64,000 nucleotides of DNA from Octopus sinensis (GCF_006345805.1 NC_043008.1:13950001-14014000), one strand, 5' to 3'; numbered from the stretch's first letter, positions 12,373 through 25,424 are shown. Notes: generated by a model from the sequence alone, not told the origin. Numbers and translations are program-made.

Positions 12373-12602
12373 ATTTCTTTACTACCCACAAGGGGCTAAA
12401 CACAGAGGGGACAAACATGGACAGACAAACGGATTAAGTCGATTATATCGACTCCACTGCGTAACTGGTACTTAATTTATCGACCCCAAAAGGATGAAAG
12501 GCAAAGTCGACCTCGGCGGAATTTGAACTCAGAACGTAGCGGCAGACGAAATATGGCTACGCATTTCGCCCGGCGTGCTAACGTTTCTGCCAGCTCGCCG
12601 CC
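12373..12602 (-). mobile_element. Family A SINE, near full length
   Basis: Reverse complement of the family A consensus seen in this window. Confidence 0.92.
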
Positions 12603-12704
12603 TGTTATTCTAACCATTCTGCAACGGAAGTTCTAAACGCCGGCGCAGGAGTGGCTCACGATTCAATCCACGTTGTGGTATTTAGGCCAAGTATCTTGTA
12701 CTAT

Positions 12705-12832
12705 GGAGGCGAAATGGCCCAGTGCTTAGGGCAGCGGACTCCCGGTCAGAGGATCGCGGTTTGGATTCCAAAACCGGGCGTTGTGTGTGCTTATTGAGCG
12801 AAAACACCTAAAAGCTCCACGAGGCTCCGGCA
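12705..12832 (+). mobile_element. Family C SINE head, 3'-truncated
   Basis: GGAGGCGAAATGGCCCAGTGCTTAGGGCAGCGGACTC...; matches 3654-3822 and 62788-63169. Confidence 0.85.
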
Positions 12833-13034
12833 TTGAATACGTACCAAGGCTTGTAATTTACAGTTAAAGACACACGCGGAAGCAATCAGTACTATGTGAA
12901 CGGTTTACATTTGTCGATGTTGGAAAGAACTCGTTCTTGAGTAATTGTACGGGTAACTTTGAAGTAAGTATTTAATTAAGGGAAAACATTAGATCGTAAT
13001 GAATAGAAATCAATAGTTTTAGAGATGTTTTCCG

Positions 13035-13314
13035 ATCACGCCAAAAGGTGGCGGTGATCACAGTTGTTATGATGATGTTGATGATGGTGGTGAAGCAGAT
13101 TCTGGCGTTGGTGATACTGGTGCGAGCGGGTGGCGGTGGTACAGAGGGGAATAAGTTCAGTATGTAAAGGGTTACAGTGATTACAAAGTTACTATAGTAG
13201 TAGTAGTAGTAGTAGTAGCAGTAGTATAGTAGTAGTAGTAGTAGTAGTAGTATGAGTAGAAGTAGTATGAGTAGTAGTATCATCTTCATCATCATCAGTA
13301 GTAGTAGTAGTAGC

Positions 13315-13354
<40 letters not shown>

Positions 13355-13745
13355 TGAGTAGAAGTAGTATGAGTAGCAGTATCATCATCATCATCATCAT
13401 CAGTAGTAGTAGTAGTAGCAGTAGTAGTAGTAGTAGTGCTGGCTGGTGTTGGTAGTAGTGGTGGTGGTGGTGGTTGCTGTTGTATTTTTTCTCTTTCTTT
13501 TCTCTTTGTTTTTTTTTTGTGTGTTTTGGGGTTCTTACGACTACCACCACTTCAGCCACTATTACATTTAACCTTCCCCCAGCAATCACGCCAAAAGGTG
13601 GCGGTGATCACAGTTGTTATGATGATGTTGATGATGGTGGTGAAGCAGATGCTGGCGTTGGTGATACTGGTGCGGGCTGGTGGCGGTGGTACAGAGGGGA
13701 TTAAGTTCAGTATGTAAAGGTTTACAGTGATTACAAAGTTACTAT
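13035..13745. repeat. Complex local duplication B-X'-B'
   Basis: 161-bp segment B at 13035-13195 and 13585-13745, with about 5 substitutions, flanks a copy of X from 11448-11828. Confidence 0.9.
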
Positions 13746-13935
13746 TGTTGATGGCGAAGGTAGCGGTAGAGACGAAACTGATGGAGGGATAATAATGCTG
13801 GCGATGATGTTGCTTACAAACACTCATACTGACCTTATAATTTAATCATTAAATTAATCGTAAGTGAATCAGCAACTGCTTTCAAAGTTGTTATCATGGT
13901 TTATTTTCTCTTCCTTCACATCCATATTCCATTTG

Positions 13936-13993
<58 letters not shown>

Positions 13994-14104
13994 ATAATTT
14001 ATGTGAAATAGAAAGATGAATAATCTTGTAGTAGATTAATCAAAAGTTAACCGATACCTTAGTAGCAAAAATCACAGCAGTAAACGGATTTCCAACGGAT
14101 TTCA

Positions 14105-14197
14105 TTTTTTCTTCCTGAAGAGAAAGACACAATATGGTCCCATTATTCAATCGGATTTTGGTAATTTGTGCCTTTCGAAACACGTGTAGAATGAAAT
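14105..14197 (+). ncRNA. Type I hammerhead ribozyme motif with an intact core (Penelope-type, palindromic stem III)
   Basis: CTGAAGA 14115-14121. Stem II GAAAGACACAA 14122-14132 / TTGTGCCTTTC 14166-14176 (10 of 11 pairs, G-C closing pair). GAA 14177-14179. Palindrome ACACGTGT 14180-14187. GUA triplet with predicted cut at 14188/14189. Stem I TTC/GAA. AATAAA at 14195-14200. Confidence 0.85.
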
Positions 14198-14260
14198 AAA
14201 ACGATTTCTGTTCAATCTGCGTTCAGCTCCATTTCTTCAATTCACCAATAATGTTATATA

Positions 14261-14308
<48 letters not shown>

Positions 14309-14539
14309 CAGAGAGAGAGAGAGAGAGAGAGTAAGTCTATATAGGATTTGTCAAGTAGATAGCATGTAAAACAGTTTAGGTATAGATTAATACGGAGTAT
14401 ATAATATTTTATAATACTTATAGCAAAAGCAACTACATGATAGAATCAGATGCTAGAAAGAGATGTCAAATGACTCTAAAATTACATTTTTTGTCATATA
14501 GATACGGACTGGAAGCGAAGGAACTGAACGAAGATTTTA

Positions 14540-14593
<54 letters not shown>

Positions 14594-14935
14594 CGATAAG
14601 AAAATGGAGAAATAATAACAACCTTTGGTATTATAAAGCGATTAATTAAATAATGGCTCTATAAACCCAAAGAGCCATTTCTCATTATTATTTAGTTCTC
14701 CATTTTGTCATCGACTTTATATACATTAAACTACGGTTTACCTTTTAAATTACCTACTACCGTATACTTTATAACAAAGATCATTCATACTGAGATAATT
14801 ACCAGCCGTGCCTCAGTTCAGGTGCTTGTGTGTATGCGTGTGTATATGTGTGCATATTTACTCATACATATGCATGCATCTGTATATATATATATATATA
14901 TATATATAGATAGATAGATAGATAGATAGATAGAC

Positions 14936-15024
<89 letters not shown>

Positions 15025-15035
15025 AGACATAGATA

Positions 15036-15149
15036 GTAGTGGTTTTGTGGTAAGTAGCTTGGTTCCGTCTCACTGCGTGGCACTTTGGGCAAGTGTCTTC
15101 TACTATGGCCTCGGGCTGACCAAAGCCTTGTGGGTGGATTTGGTAGACG
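15036..15149 (+). mobile_element. Family B SINE, 5' part
   Basis: Matches the head/core of the 24235 copy. Confidence 0.8.
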
Positions 15150-16401
15150 TGGTTAAGCTACTTCTGTGCAGAGCAAAAGTAGGGAAAATGACGTTATACA
15201 CAAGTTTATATTATTAGATCTTACGTACGTTTCACCATTTTGACTGTTTGGAAATCCATGTTGTATGTCCATGTTGTATGTCCCAATGAGAAATAGATGC
15301 ACCACCATAACGGATAATCAGGGAAGTCTATTTTGCGGCATGTTACAGAGAAATAAAGTTTCTGTAGGTAATGTCTTTAGTTCTCAGTAATGTAATGAAA
15401 TTAAGTATTCCTTGATGATCCGTTGCTGTTACGAAACCAGTTGCACATGGAACATTTGAATGCAGAGTTCACATATATAAATATACTTATGTGTGTGTAT
15501 GTGTTTTTATGCATGTACGCATGCTTTTTTTGTGAAATTAACGGTCAATATTTTCATTTCAGCTGCTGTCATTACAAGCATTTAATTATTAAATATTTGA
15601 GATTCTTCTAATATACAAAGCAACGTTTATTTCCGTACCACGTCTTAACATTTTCCAGCGTAACACGCTTTAATTTAATATTTATGTTTGGCTTTCGTGG
15701 AAAAATATTGCTCAAGGTTTGATAAATTTAAGAAATTCAACAGCTTTTACTGAGAAATTAATTATACTATCAACAGAGTGCAACACTCGAATCTGGTTTT
15801 GCAATTTTCAGATACTAAAAGAGTGACTTACTTGATAGTAGGTTCAAATCACATGTTAATATTAATCTTTAACCCCGCTCCTGATCACAAATTCATAAGA
15901 GTGTGCATGACATTGAAACTCACACAATCGCACTCATATAAATGCCAGTATATATTTGCGTGTGTATGAGTGGGCGTCTGTTTGTGTGTGTGTGTGCTAG
16001 TGTCTGTGTGTTTGCATACAAATATTTGTATGGTTTTTCTTAGAGTGTTATTTAAGCTCTTCCTGAGAGAGTCCAAGCCTGTCGCTAACGAAGCGTCAAG
16101 TCTTTTTGAGTTCAGAGATTTCTCGGTGTGTGTTAATGTGCGGTTGACTTGGTGTGTTCGTTGAACTGACGATGCATACACCCAAGTATGTGCAGCTATT
16201 TACATAAGACTCTCAGATGGATAATTTTCGGTTTGTATTACAAATATGCACTGTGCCATTAATAGATTGTATTTCTCTGTGAAACCGCGTATTTCAAAGT
16301 TTTTCTGCAAATTTGTTTGTATATAGCCTAATGCACATAGGCATGTATGTATGTTTGTATATATACATACATATACACTCATATATATATTCGTATGTAT
16401 A

Positions 16402-16445
<44 letters not shown>

Positions 16446-16629
16446 CAGATTTATATATATATATATATGTATGTATATGTATGTGTATATAAATAATATG
16501 AATACACTAGTACACTTTCATTCATACACATATACATCACACAAATTCTCTCTCTCGCTCTCGCTCTCTCTCTTTCTCTCTCTCTCTTTCTCTCTCTCTC
16601 TCAGTTTCTCATCTCTCTCTCTCTCTCTG

Positions 16630-16663
<34 letters not shown>

Positions 16664-17109
16664 GTGGGGATGTAGAACAAAACATAATCGGGAGAATATA
16701 TTCAGCAATACAGAATAAAGACATATAAACAATTGAGTACGCATAGGAACGCGTGTAGCGCAGAAACCTTGATATTGTGAGTACATACTAGGGCTTGAAC
16801 TCTCATCACTAGAGTTCAATCCTGGACGTAGTTATTGTTCTTGCATATCATACGTAGTACTTCGTTATCATTTTTGACAATATCCATATCTGGATACAAA
16901 TTGTTTAATATCTGTCCGCAAACATATTTCAATCTAATGCTAAGACTTCAGTCTTTCTTCAGTAAGCATCGAAATAAACAATTAAATGCTAATAATGAAA
17001 GTCACTATTTGGTTTCTTGAATAAATTGCATTTCAGAATTACAAATGAAAATTGATAATGCTGAATCACAGGCATGAAGAAAACAATGGTGTATGGAATG
17101 TGAGTGTAT

Positions 17110-17690
17110 ACGACTTCTACAGAAATAGACTTACTGCGTGGGCTAACGTAAGAATAGCTTTCTAACTAGAAAGGGTATGGCCTGGTCAGCCTGTAATGAC
17201 ATGCATAAGATCTGGTCATCAAATCTAAGTAGAGACTTCAAACTTGAAATCTTCAAAGCCACAGTCGAACCAATTCTACTATATGGCTCAGAAACCTGGA
17301 CGTTATCAAAGAAGCTTCAGAGGCGGTTGGATGGAACCTACATTCGCCTCCTTATGAGAGCTCAAAATCTCTCGTGGAAGCGCCATCCAACCAAAATGCA
17401 AATATATGGGAAACTACCACCTGTGTGATCTCTTGTGAAAGGTAGGAGAGTCCAGTTTGTTGGACATTGTTGTAGAGCTGAAAAAGAGGTAATTTCTACT
17501 CTTCTCCTCTGGAAGCCATCTACCCACAATACCAGAGGGCGCACACTCTCCTACCCTGATGTAATCTCCAGGGATACAGGCATCCAGCAACAGGACCTCC
17601 GTAATGCCATGATGGCCCGTGAAGTCTGGCGTAGAATGGTAAATTCCATTGTCTCGACCACGGTCGCACAATGATGATGGTGATGTAAGA
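17110..17690 (+). mobile_element. 5'-truncated RTE-clade LINE, 3' end of the ORF
   Basis: RKGMAWSACNDMHKIW...FKATVEPILLYGSETWTLSKK...LDGTYIRLLMRAQNLSWK...RRVQFVGHC...WRRMVNSI. One in-frame TGA at 17426-17428. Short TGA-repeat tail. Confidence 0.9.
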
Positions 17691-17994
17691 ATAGGCATTA
17701 TTTTTGCTGCACCATACGCTCATTATTTCAGCTCCATCATATTTACATTGTTCCTACCATAAACGTGTGTTGTGTTTATTCTCCGCAAGGCCGTTACACT
17801 TCATATTATCGTTGGTATTTTTACTACATTATGAGAAAGGGAGAGACTATACCGAGTCTTCACGACTACCAGGAAGGAGAGAGGAAATTATTAATCCACC
17901 GGTGAAATTATTTGAATTACTCCAATAGAGGAAATTCCACTAAATTCACTAAATTACCAAGCGGTGGTGTTTAAACGTGTAGTAGTCGTTATTA

Positions 17995-18272
17995 GGTTCT
18001 ATATTTAAGAGATGAGGAATTATGTTCATTATTTACAATATTTACATTATTTACATTTGACGGATATTTGTCCTCATCTTGTTTGCTGTTAACACAACGT
18101 TTCGGCTGATATATCCTCAAGCCTTCATCAAGTGTCTTGGGGAAATTTCAAACCTGGCTTCTCAATCGTAAGGTATTTTTCGATGTTGTTGTTGTTGTTG
18201 CTCTTCTTGTTGTTGTTGTTCTTCTTCTTCTTCTTTTTCTTCTTTTTCTTCTTCTTCTTCCTATTATTATTA

Positions 18273-18307
<35 letters not shown>

Positions 18308-18494
18308 ATTGTGTTTTGTGTTATTGTTGTTGTTGTGTTGTTGTTGTTGTGTTGTTGTTGTTGCTGTGTTGTTGTTGCTGTGTTGTTGTTGTTGTGTTGT
18401 TGTTTTTGTTGTTGTTGTTCATGTCATTGCTGGGAATAGAACTCGGAATCTTGGGGTTAGTAACCAGCGCTCTTAATCACTCCGCCACATGCCC
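17995..18494 (-). mobile_element. SINE-like element: tRNA-like head, triplet microsatellite, hammerhead-bearing Penelope-like tail
   Basis: A-box-like TGGCGGAGTGA (18487-18477) and B-box-like GAGTTCTATTCC (18444-18433). (AAC/AAG/AAT)n at 18183-18420. Hammerhead motif at 18136-18091. Head and tail are repeated at 7.0-7.2 kb. Confidence 0.75.
18091..18136 (-). ncRNA. Minimal type I hammerhead motif with a C3U substitution (probably impaired in this copy)
   Basis: GACAC TTGATGA A GGCT..loop..AGCC GAA ACGT T GTGTT. Stem I GACAC/GTGTT, stem II GGCT/AGCC, palindromic ACGT, GUU triplet. Confidence 0.7.
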
Positions 18495-19291
18495 GTTGGC
18501 GTTTGCGTCAACAACTCAAGTCAAAGAGAAAGAAAATATATCCGATAATTTCGCCAATTTAGTATCTTGCGTTGCTACATTATTTTATAGAACTCTAAAT
18601 GATGGGTGTCAAAGACAACTGAAATCTGAAATCAAAGATAACTGAGAGTTGAAATCTGAGCGCAGAAGAAACACTGCCAGTTGTTTTGTGAAACACTTTA
18701 ACGATTCTGCCAAGGCACCGCCTGTAGTTTTACAATGTGCACAAAATTATGCTTTGAAATATAAGCGAACACATTTACTATTTATTTCATAGATGTTCCC
18801 ATGGTTGGAATTTATTAAAATCTGAATTCAATTACACTATTCAACACCTAGGAGATTTTCAAGAATAGAATTTTGAAAAACTTGAAAATTAATTATCTTA
18901 CCAAATAGTCTCAAATACATCATGAGAATACAATTTTATGCGAATTTCTTTCATTTCTGCAGAAAGAGAGAAAGAGACAGATAAAGAAAACAAAAATCTC
19001 TTCATCGATCCAATTTGTTTCCATTCTTTCATTGTTCTGTTTTATTTTATTATTTCAATAGTTCCAATTCTTAGGCTGCTGCTATGACAAGATACAATTA
19101 TTTGCAGTTTAAATCCATTTTACCGAATCCATACCTTGCAGTGTTACTTATCAGGTCTCCTTCACGAGTACGAGCGATGAAATTTACCAAAGTGTGACAA
19201 CTTATATAAGGGAAATATGACCAGAAATCTAAGGGGTTATCTTTTCTATTCACAGCAACAATTCAAACATCCTTTATATGAACTGAAGTTA

Positions 19292-19705
19292 GGCGGCGAG
19301 CTGGCAGACACGTTAGCGCGCCGGGTGAAATACTTAGCGGTATTTCGTATGTCGCTACGTTCTGAGTTCAAATTCCGCTGAGGTCGACTTTGCCTTTCAT
19401 CCTTTCGTGGTCGATAAATTAAGTACCAATTACGCACTGGGGTTGATGTAATCGACTTAATTCGTTTGTCTGTCCTTGTTTGTCCCCTCTGTGTTTAGCC
19501 CCTTGTGGGTAGTAAAGAAATAGGTATTTCGTCTGTCGTTACGTTCTGAGTTCAAATAACGCCGAGGTCGACTTTCCCTTTCATCCGTTCGGTGTCGATA
19601 AATTAAGTACCAGTTACGCACTGGAGTCGATGTAATCGACTTAATTCGTTTGTCTGTCCTTGTTTGTCCCCTCTATGTTTAGCCCCTTATGGATAGTAAA
19701 GAAAT
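19292..19705 (+). mobile_element. Family A SINE with a tandemly repeated 3' two-thirds
   Basis: Body and tail occur twice (19292-19525 and 19526-19705). Confidence 0.92.
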
Positions 19706-21505
19706 ATACATACACTAATGTGTCACTATATTAAAACTATTTCACACTTCAAAGCGTACACTCATTGTGAGTAAAATATCTTTTCGCTATTAAAATGCGC
19801 CCCTGAAAAAGAAATCACGTTATGCAAATTAGACTGACATGGCTGAAATATCGTTTGCAATTAAGATTTCTTCGAAACATAAAGGGTGACAGGAAGTTAT
19901 CGATTTAAAGTGATGTCCAACTATCCATGAAATACGCCAGGGGGACTTTTTATATTTCAAGGATTATAAGAAGTTAACACAATATATATTCAATCGTTTA
20001 CTTCACATATTGTATGTGATACAAGCAGAAGTTTAAGATCATTAAATTTAACTAAGACTTTTTTACACACGTTATTCATTTAGAAAATATTCAACTATTT
20101 ATTTACGATAGGCAAATAAGATTGATTGTTTCAGTTAAGGCCTAATTTGTGCTTGATCCCAATTGCAATTGACATCAACTTAACATAGTGAGCAAAGGAT
20201 GAATACTTCCAAGCCATGCATGAATATCCTTTTACCATTCACAGAATAAGTCAGGCTGCCGAAGGTGATAAAGGAGGAAAATGAAAGTGAGAAGGAAGAT
20301 GAAGGTAACGACTAGGATTGCTGTATTTTAGAGACTGAAAGAGTAAATAAAAAAAGTTAGAGCAACATTTTGCCTTATTCGCGGGATCCTCTCTAATGCC
20401 CCGCTGTCATTGTATTGACGATTTAGTGCTATCAATCCCATGAAACGACAGCTCCATTTTTTCATGTCATTTATTACCTCTCTTCACTCTACTTTAGAAT
20501 TTAACTTTTCCCTCTCCGATACTTCCTCAAGATGTTCGCGATTATCATCACGCTCCTTCGGAACTTGCACTGAAATACTATTGACTCCCTCTCTATTATA
20601 CTTTTTTGCTTGAACTCATTAAGGCCATATAATTCTGAATGCTCAAAACTGTATCTAACTACTTTCAGTAATAACACTATGAAACAATTAAAATGGAATA
20701 AAGTAACATCTTTTAATCGCTTCTTATAGAATACCTTGCTGTGATCAATTACTGTGGATTAATCGCAGAAGAACCCTTATCGAATCTGTTGAAAGGAATT
20801 GCAGCTGATATGTTTCAATTCTCTTGCATTTTAATATTACATTGTTCAAAAACGATTAGGTGTTGTTCGAGAAAGAAATTACTGCTTTTTCCGCCACTTG
20901 TATGCATATGTGAAGATTACACAAGGTTCGAAATCCACAACTAAAACGAAGTACGATGTTCATTAATACAATTAAGTGGTAGCGATAGATAAAGTACACC
21001 CTCAATGTACTTTAGTTTTATCGGGATATCATATTTCGAATTCGGTAATTTCAATTAGGAAAGATTACTCGTACAACGTTATGTTCATGAATTTGTTTTG
21101 CTAGATATCTGCTGTAAAATCGCGTGTTCAAACAGATATTGTTATATTTTGGGACGGTCATTTGTTTTTTCTTGCCAAATAAACACACGCTCCATATATA
21201 TTCGTTCTGCACTCGTTTACTGTTGTTTTTATTTTATCATACGTGTTGAGTAAAATAAGCAAGACAATATTACCGAAGATATTGTGATATTAAACGAACT
21301 GCTGTAGTAATTCATAAAGTTGCTTTAACTTTTAATTTCCCCAATGATTCCCAATTGAAGGAAGGAAGTTATCATACCAGCTTTGAAGAGTATAATAAAG
21401 ACTGTCATGATTGCTTAACTCTGCACATTGCACATTGGAATTCCATATCTTATCAAGGAGAAGACGCGAACAGGAATTAATCCAAAATTGATTAAGCATA
21501 GTGAA

Positions 21506-21797
21506 AGGGCGTGGCTTATTGGCTAAGGGTATTCTGTTCATGAGCCTGAGGTTATGAGTTCGACTCCTGGTGGCGCATTCTATGCTTGAGCAAGACACTT
21601 TATTCTACGTTACTTCAGTACACTCAGCACTAAGTTGTTCTTTGAATTCAAGGGTCAGTCTTGTCACAAAGTGTGTCACTCTGAATCTCCATGAGAACTA
21701 TATTAAAGGTATGCATACCTGAGGAGAGCTCAGCTATTTCCCCACTAATTACACGAGCAGGCAGTTCCGTCGATCGGAGTCGTCGTAACCGACGGAG
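21506..21797 (+). mobile_element. Decayed tRNA-headed SINE sharing its 3' domain with family C
   Basis: B-box-like GAGTTCGACTCC. The 3' part aligns with the reverse complement of 62788-62960. Confidence 0.7.
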
Positions 21798-24234
21798 CGC
21801 GAGGAGGAATGAAACGTTACTTCAAACATAAGCCTAGTTTCGGTTTGGTTAGTAAGAGAAGTTGTTCAATAAAGGACGCCCAACGAGCTTAGTAAAGGTT
21901 TCACAGAAGTGGAATAATTATTAATTTTGAAAATACCCTTCCAATATGCATGCATAACTCTTTAATATAATTTTCCAAATTGTATTAAATGGAGATCCAA
22001 CTATATATTCACGTTATAGTCAAATTACCTTATTTTAGCCCAATTTCAAATTGCTCAGAAACCTGAGGACGTCTTCTATGGGGACAGATTATATAAAATA
22101 TATTTTGACATCGCTAGAAAAATGAGAAAACTCGCCATGAAACTTGCTTTAATTTTCTTTCTCATTCCCAACTCTTTTTTACTGTCTCAATTTTTTTACT
22201 TCCCCTACACTTTCACTCATATTCTCTTTATAATTTTAGCTTCTTAATTACACCTCATGATTTAAGCTCATTTTTATTTCAATAATTAATCAACAAAAGA
22301 CAGAACGGCTCCTTAACTTTTCCAGGCTACACTGACACACGACGGATTTGGTTACTGTTTTGTAGATCCAGATATAAAGAAAATCTGAACGACTGTGAGT
22401 CTCGAAAGTGATGATTGGCACAAATGTTGCGTTATGTAATGCAGTAGAGAAAAGCAAAGGTAGACATAATCTCGTTAGAGAATTTGGGTGCCGACAGGGT
22501 CGAGAATTAATGTAGTTATAGAAGAGAATGAATAAAACAGCAAATTATTTAAGTGGACTATTTCATTCTGAAGTGTTTTATATGGTAGACTAGAAAATGC
22601 ACACTGTACAAAATATGCATTTGAGCTAATTCTAATTATCTCACAGCCCAGTTTAACACCACCGCGGAACTCTTGGACACCCTTAGGTGAGCTGATCCAA
22701 TCACATGTATTTAGATTAGGTTCTCTTTTGAGTATAACTTCTATCCTTCCTGCTGAAAATCAAATAGGTCCGGAAAGCTTTAACACGTCTTTTGAAAAAC
22801 ACTTCCGCTCTGCAAAATTCCGCCGACAAAATTCCTCTTTCATGTTTCTTCATTGGAAAAGCAATATCTCTTACCGAATGAAATTTATTTCTTCTACCGA
22901 ACTTATTAATACAGTCCACCACTTTGTTTCGTCTGAACGTGATTACTGAAATTACAAAGCTCAAAGATTACTGTTAGCTATCCGTTCACCATTACAACTG
23001 CACACTCATTGCGAAATATTCTAGTTTTGAGCACTGCGTTTACATTTTCTCAGTTTCCTTAATATATACAACGTAGCGCAGATAATGACAGTTATTCCTA
23101 TATTTTCCATTATCCACTATCCTCCAATACAGACCACAAACTCACTACAAACTTTATTTTCCTGATACCGACCATGACTTTTAATTACAGCGCAAAACTT
23201 TATTCTGAGTTTTCATTTTCTTCTTTACATTATTTATAAGACCTAGCTCAAAACTTTGATAACTTTCATCTGCCTCCTCTCCCCAGTTTTAGAAATTTTA
23301 CATTATTGTCGTTATTTATAAATTTGTATCTGTTTATATAAAAGTTAATTTCTGTAAGAGATTTTGATGTTAAATTACCAGACAAAATGGAAATACAATT
23401 CTGTATGCATTGAAGTGTAATTTGTTAGACACACAATATGAGGCAGCACAGTACAAATTGCTTTTCACTTTAATATAATATATTATCGGAATAATTATAT
23501 TGAAGGTTGAGTCAAAGATAGAAATAACAAATAAGAAATGTAAATATATATTTATAGGTTGATAGGGCATTGAAAAATGATTTCATAATTTGACAACATG
23601 TCACAGATCTAAAGAAAATACATATATTCCAGTTGCCCTCAAAGTGTTACTTTTGCTACCGTTGTTGACTTCGGTGAAGCCACAAAGCATGTCCTTTGCA
23701 GCCATACTAATTGTGATTTTCAATAAAATTTGAGATGTAATAAGTTGGATTTTAACTTAAGGCAAACGGCACTACATACGATCGAAATACTAAATTGGTG
23801 AAAAAGCTTTATTAATGTTGAAATATATTAATATATTTTGCCTCATAGTTGTCGTTCTTTGTTAAACGATACACCTAAAAGCATTTGCGTTATTACGATT
23901 TAAATATATTAATATAATAAACCCGAATCTTAATATCATGCAAGTATCAGCTTTTTCTGACCAGATGGAAAGATGAAATTTGTATGGAAAGGAGTGTAGG
24001 CAATACTGCTTCACTGTATTTCAGATATTTTAATAACCCATTACATCCAATTAAAATATGATGGCGTTTCGACTTCGAATCTGGAAGATTCAATCTTTTA
24101 TTGGTTGTGAAGAAATTGCGGCGATAGAAGCAATAATGAAGACCTTGTTTTCTTCGGAAACCCCAACCAGCAGCATTAATCTGGACATTCATATGTATAT
24201 AATGATGCAACTTCTGAAACATTTTAAGAACTTG

Positions 24235-24637
24235 AGGAGTGGCTGTGTGGTAAGTAGCTTGCTTACCAACCACATGGTCCCGGGTTCAGTCCCACTGCGT
24301 GGCACCTTGGGCAAGTGTCTTCTACTATAGCCTCGGGCCGACCGAAGCCTTGTGAGTGGATTTGGTAGACGGTAACTGAAAGAAGCCTGTCGTATATATG
24401 TATATATATATATATGTGTGTGTGTTTGTATGTCTGTGTTTGTCTCCCCAACATCGCTTGACAACTGATGCTGGTGTGTTTACGTCCCCGTAACTTAGCG
24501 GTTCGGCAAAAGAGACCGAACAAATAAGTACTAGGCTTACAAAGAATAAGTCCTGGGGTCGATTTCCCCGACTAAAAAGGCGGTGCTCCAGCATGACCGC
24601 AGACAAATGACTGAAACAAGTAAAAGAGTAAAAGAGT
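24235..24637 (+). mobile_element. Family B (CORE-like) SINE, near full length
   Basis: A-box-like TGGCTGTGTGG and B-box-like GGTTCAGTCCC, core CCTTGGGCAAGTGTCTTCTACTATAGCC, internal (TA)/(TG) repeats, AAAGAGT tail. Confidence 0.92.
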
Positions 24638-25371
24638 ATCGTGTCAAGGTTTCCAAATTTGGGTAATATTGTGTTGTTTTTTAAATGAAAATAATGCCGC
24701 TGGACGACACAACACAACTAAGCACTTAATACATTGAGTAGCGAAAACTTTATTTCATTAATAATATAATGTTCAAAGACATGAGGCTTGATTTTAATGG
24801 TGCTGAGGTCTATGACACCCTAATGTGTAATCCGGTGGAGACTCATATACAGTTTCACATGTTGAAATAATATATAATAATGATCTTTTATTTCATTCAT
24901 GATCTCTCTCCACAACAATCCACTTTGTACTGTATATACTTATATACATATATACCTTTTCTACTGGTTATATATAATTGATGACTTTTATCACCAAATT
25001 TGTCCATACAGATTCATAACTTTCAAAACGTATATATACAATATATATATTTTCAATAGAAGAACAGCACTTGACATTCTGGTATTATTCCAAATGTCAG
25101 ATATAACAATGTTTGAAAATGTTCTTGTGCCAAATTTTCCGACGAAATTATCATCGGACATGATTGAAACATCAATAAAATTGTTGGTAACAATGAAAGT
25201 AATGGCATGGAGTATTTTGTATAGGCATAATGTCTAACGTTTTGTAATGGCTACGATGTGAGCATTTTAAGATGTTAAACAATTTGTGCGCTGTTTTTCG
25301 TGTAATGTACGTAGAAGATCCTGATGGTTTTATGGAAAAGCACTAAGATTTTATTGTATCCCACATATTTA

Positions 25372-25414
<43 letters not shown>

Positions 25415-25424
25415 CATGTATGTA

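Noticed and set aside
16162-16201. CTGACGA plus a 6-bp stem, then GCAGCT
   Set aside because: GAAA is missing and stem I is unsupported; at best a decayed relic.
18428-18494. A genuine tRNA gene
   Set aside because: No 3' acceptor stem and a mutated B box; it is a SINE-type head.
20255-20304. 50-nt exon candidate LPKVIKEENESEKEDE
   Set aside because: Poor acceptor, no neighbouring exons and no family match.
20360-20570. Minus-strand KKWSCRFMG resembling a gypsy gag KWxxxFDG motif
   Set aside because: A single short motif with a stop nearby and no other LTR-element features.
22800-22808. ETS-like GCGGAAGTG as a possible promoter
   Set aside because: A single motif with no supported transcript or first exon.
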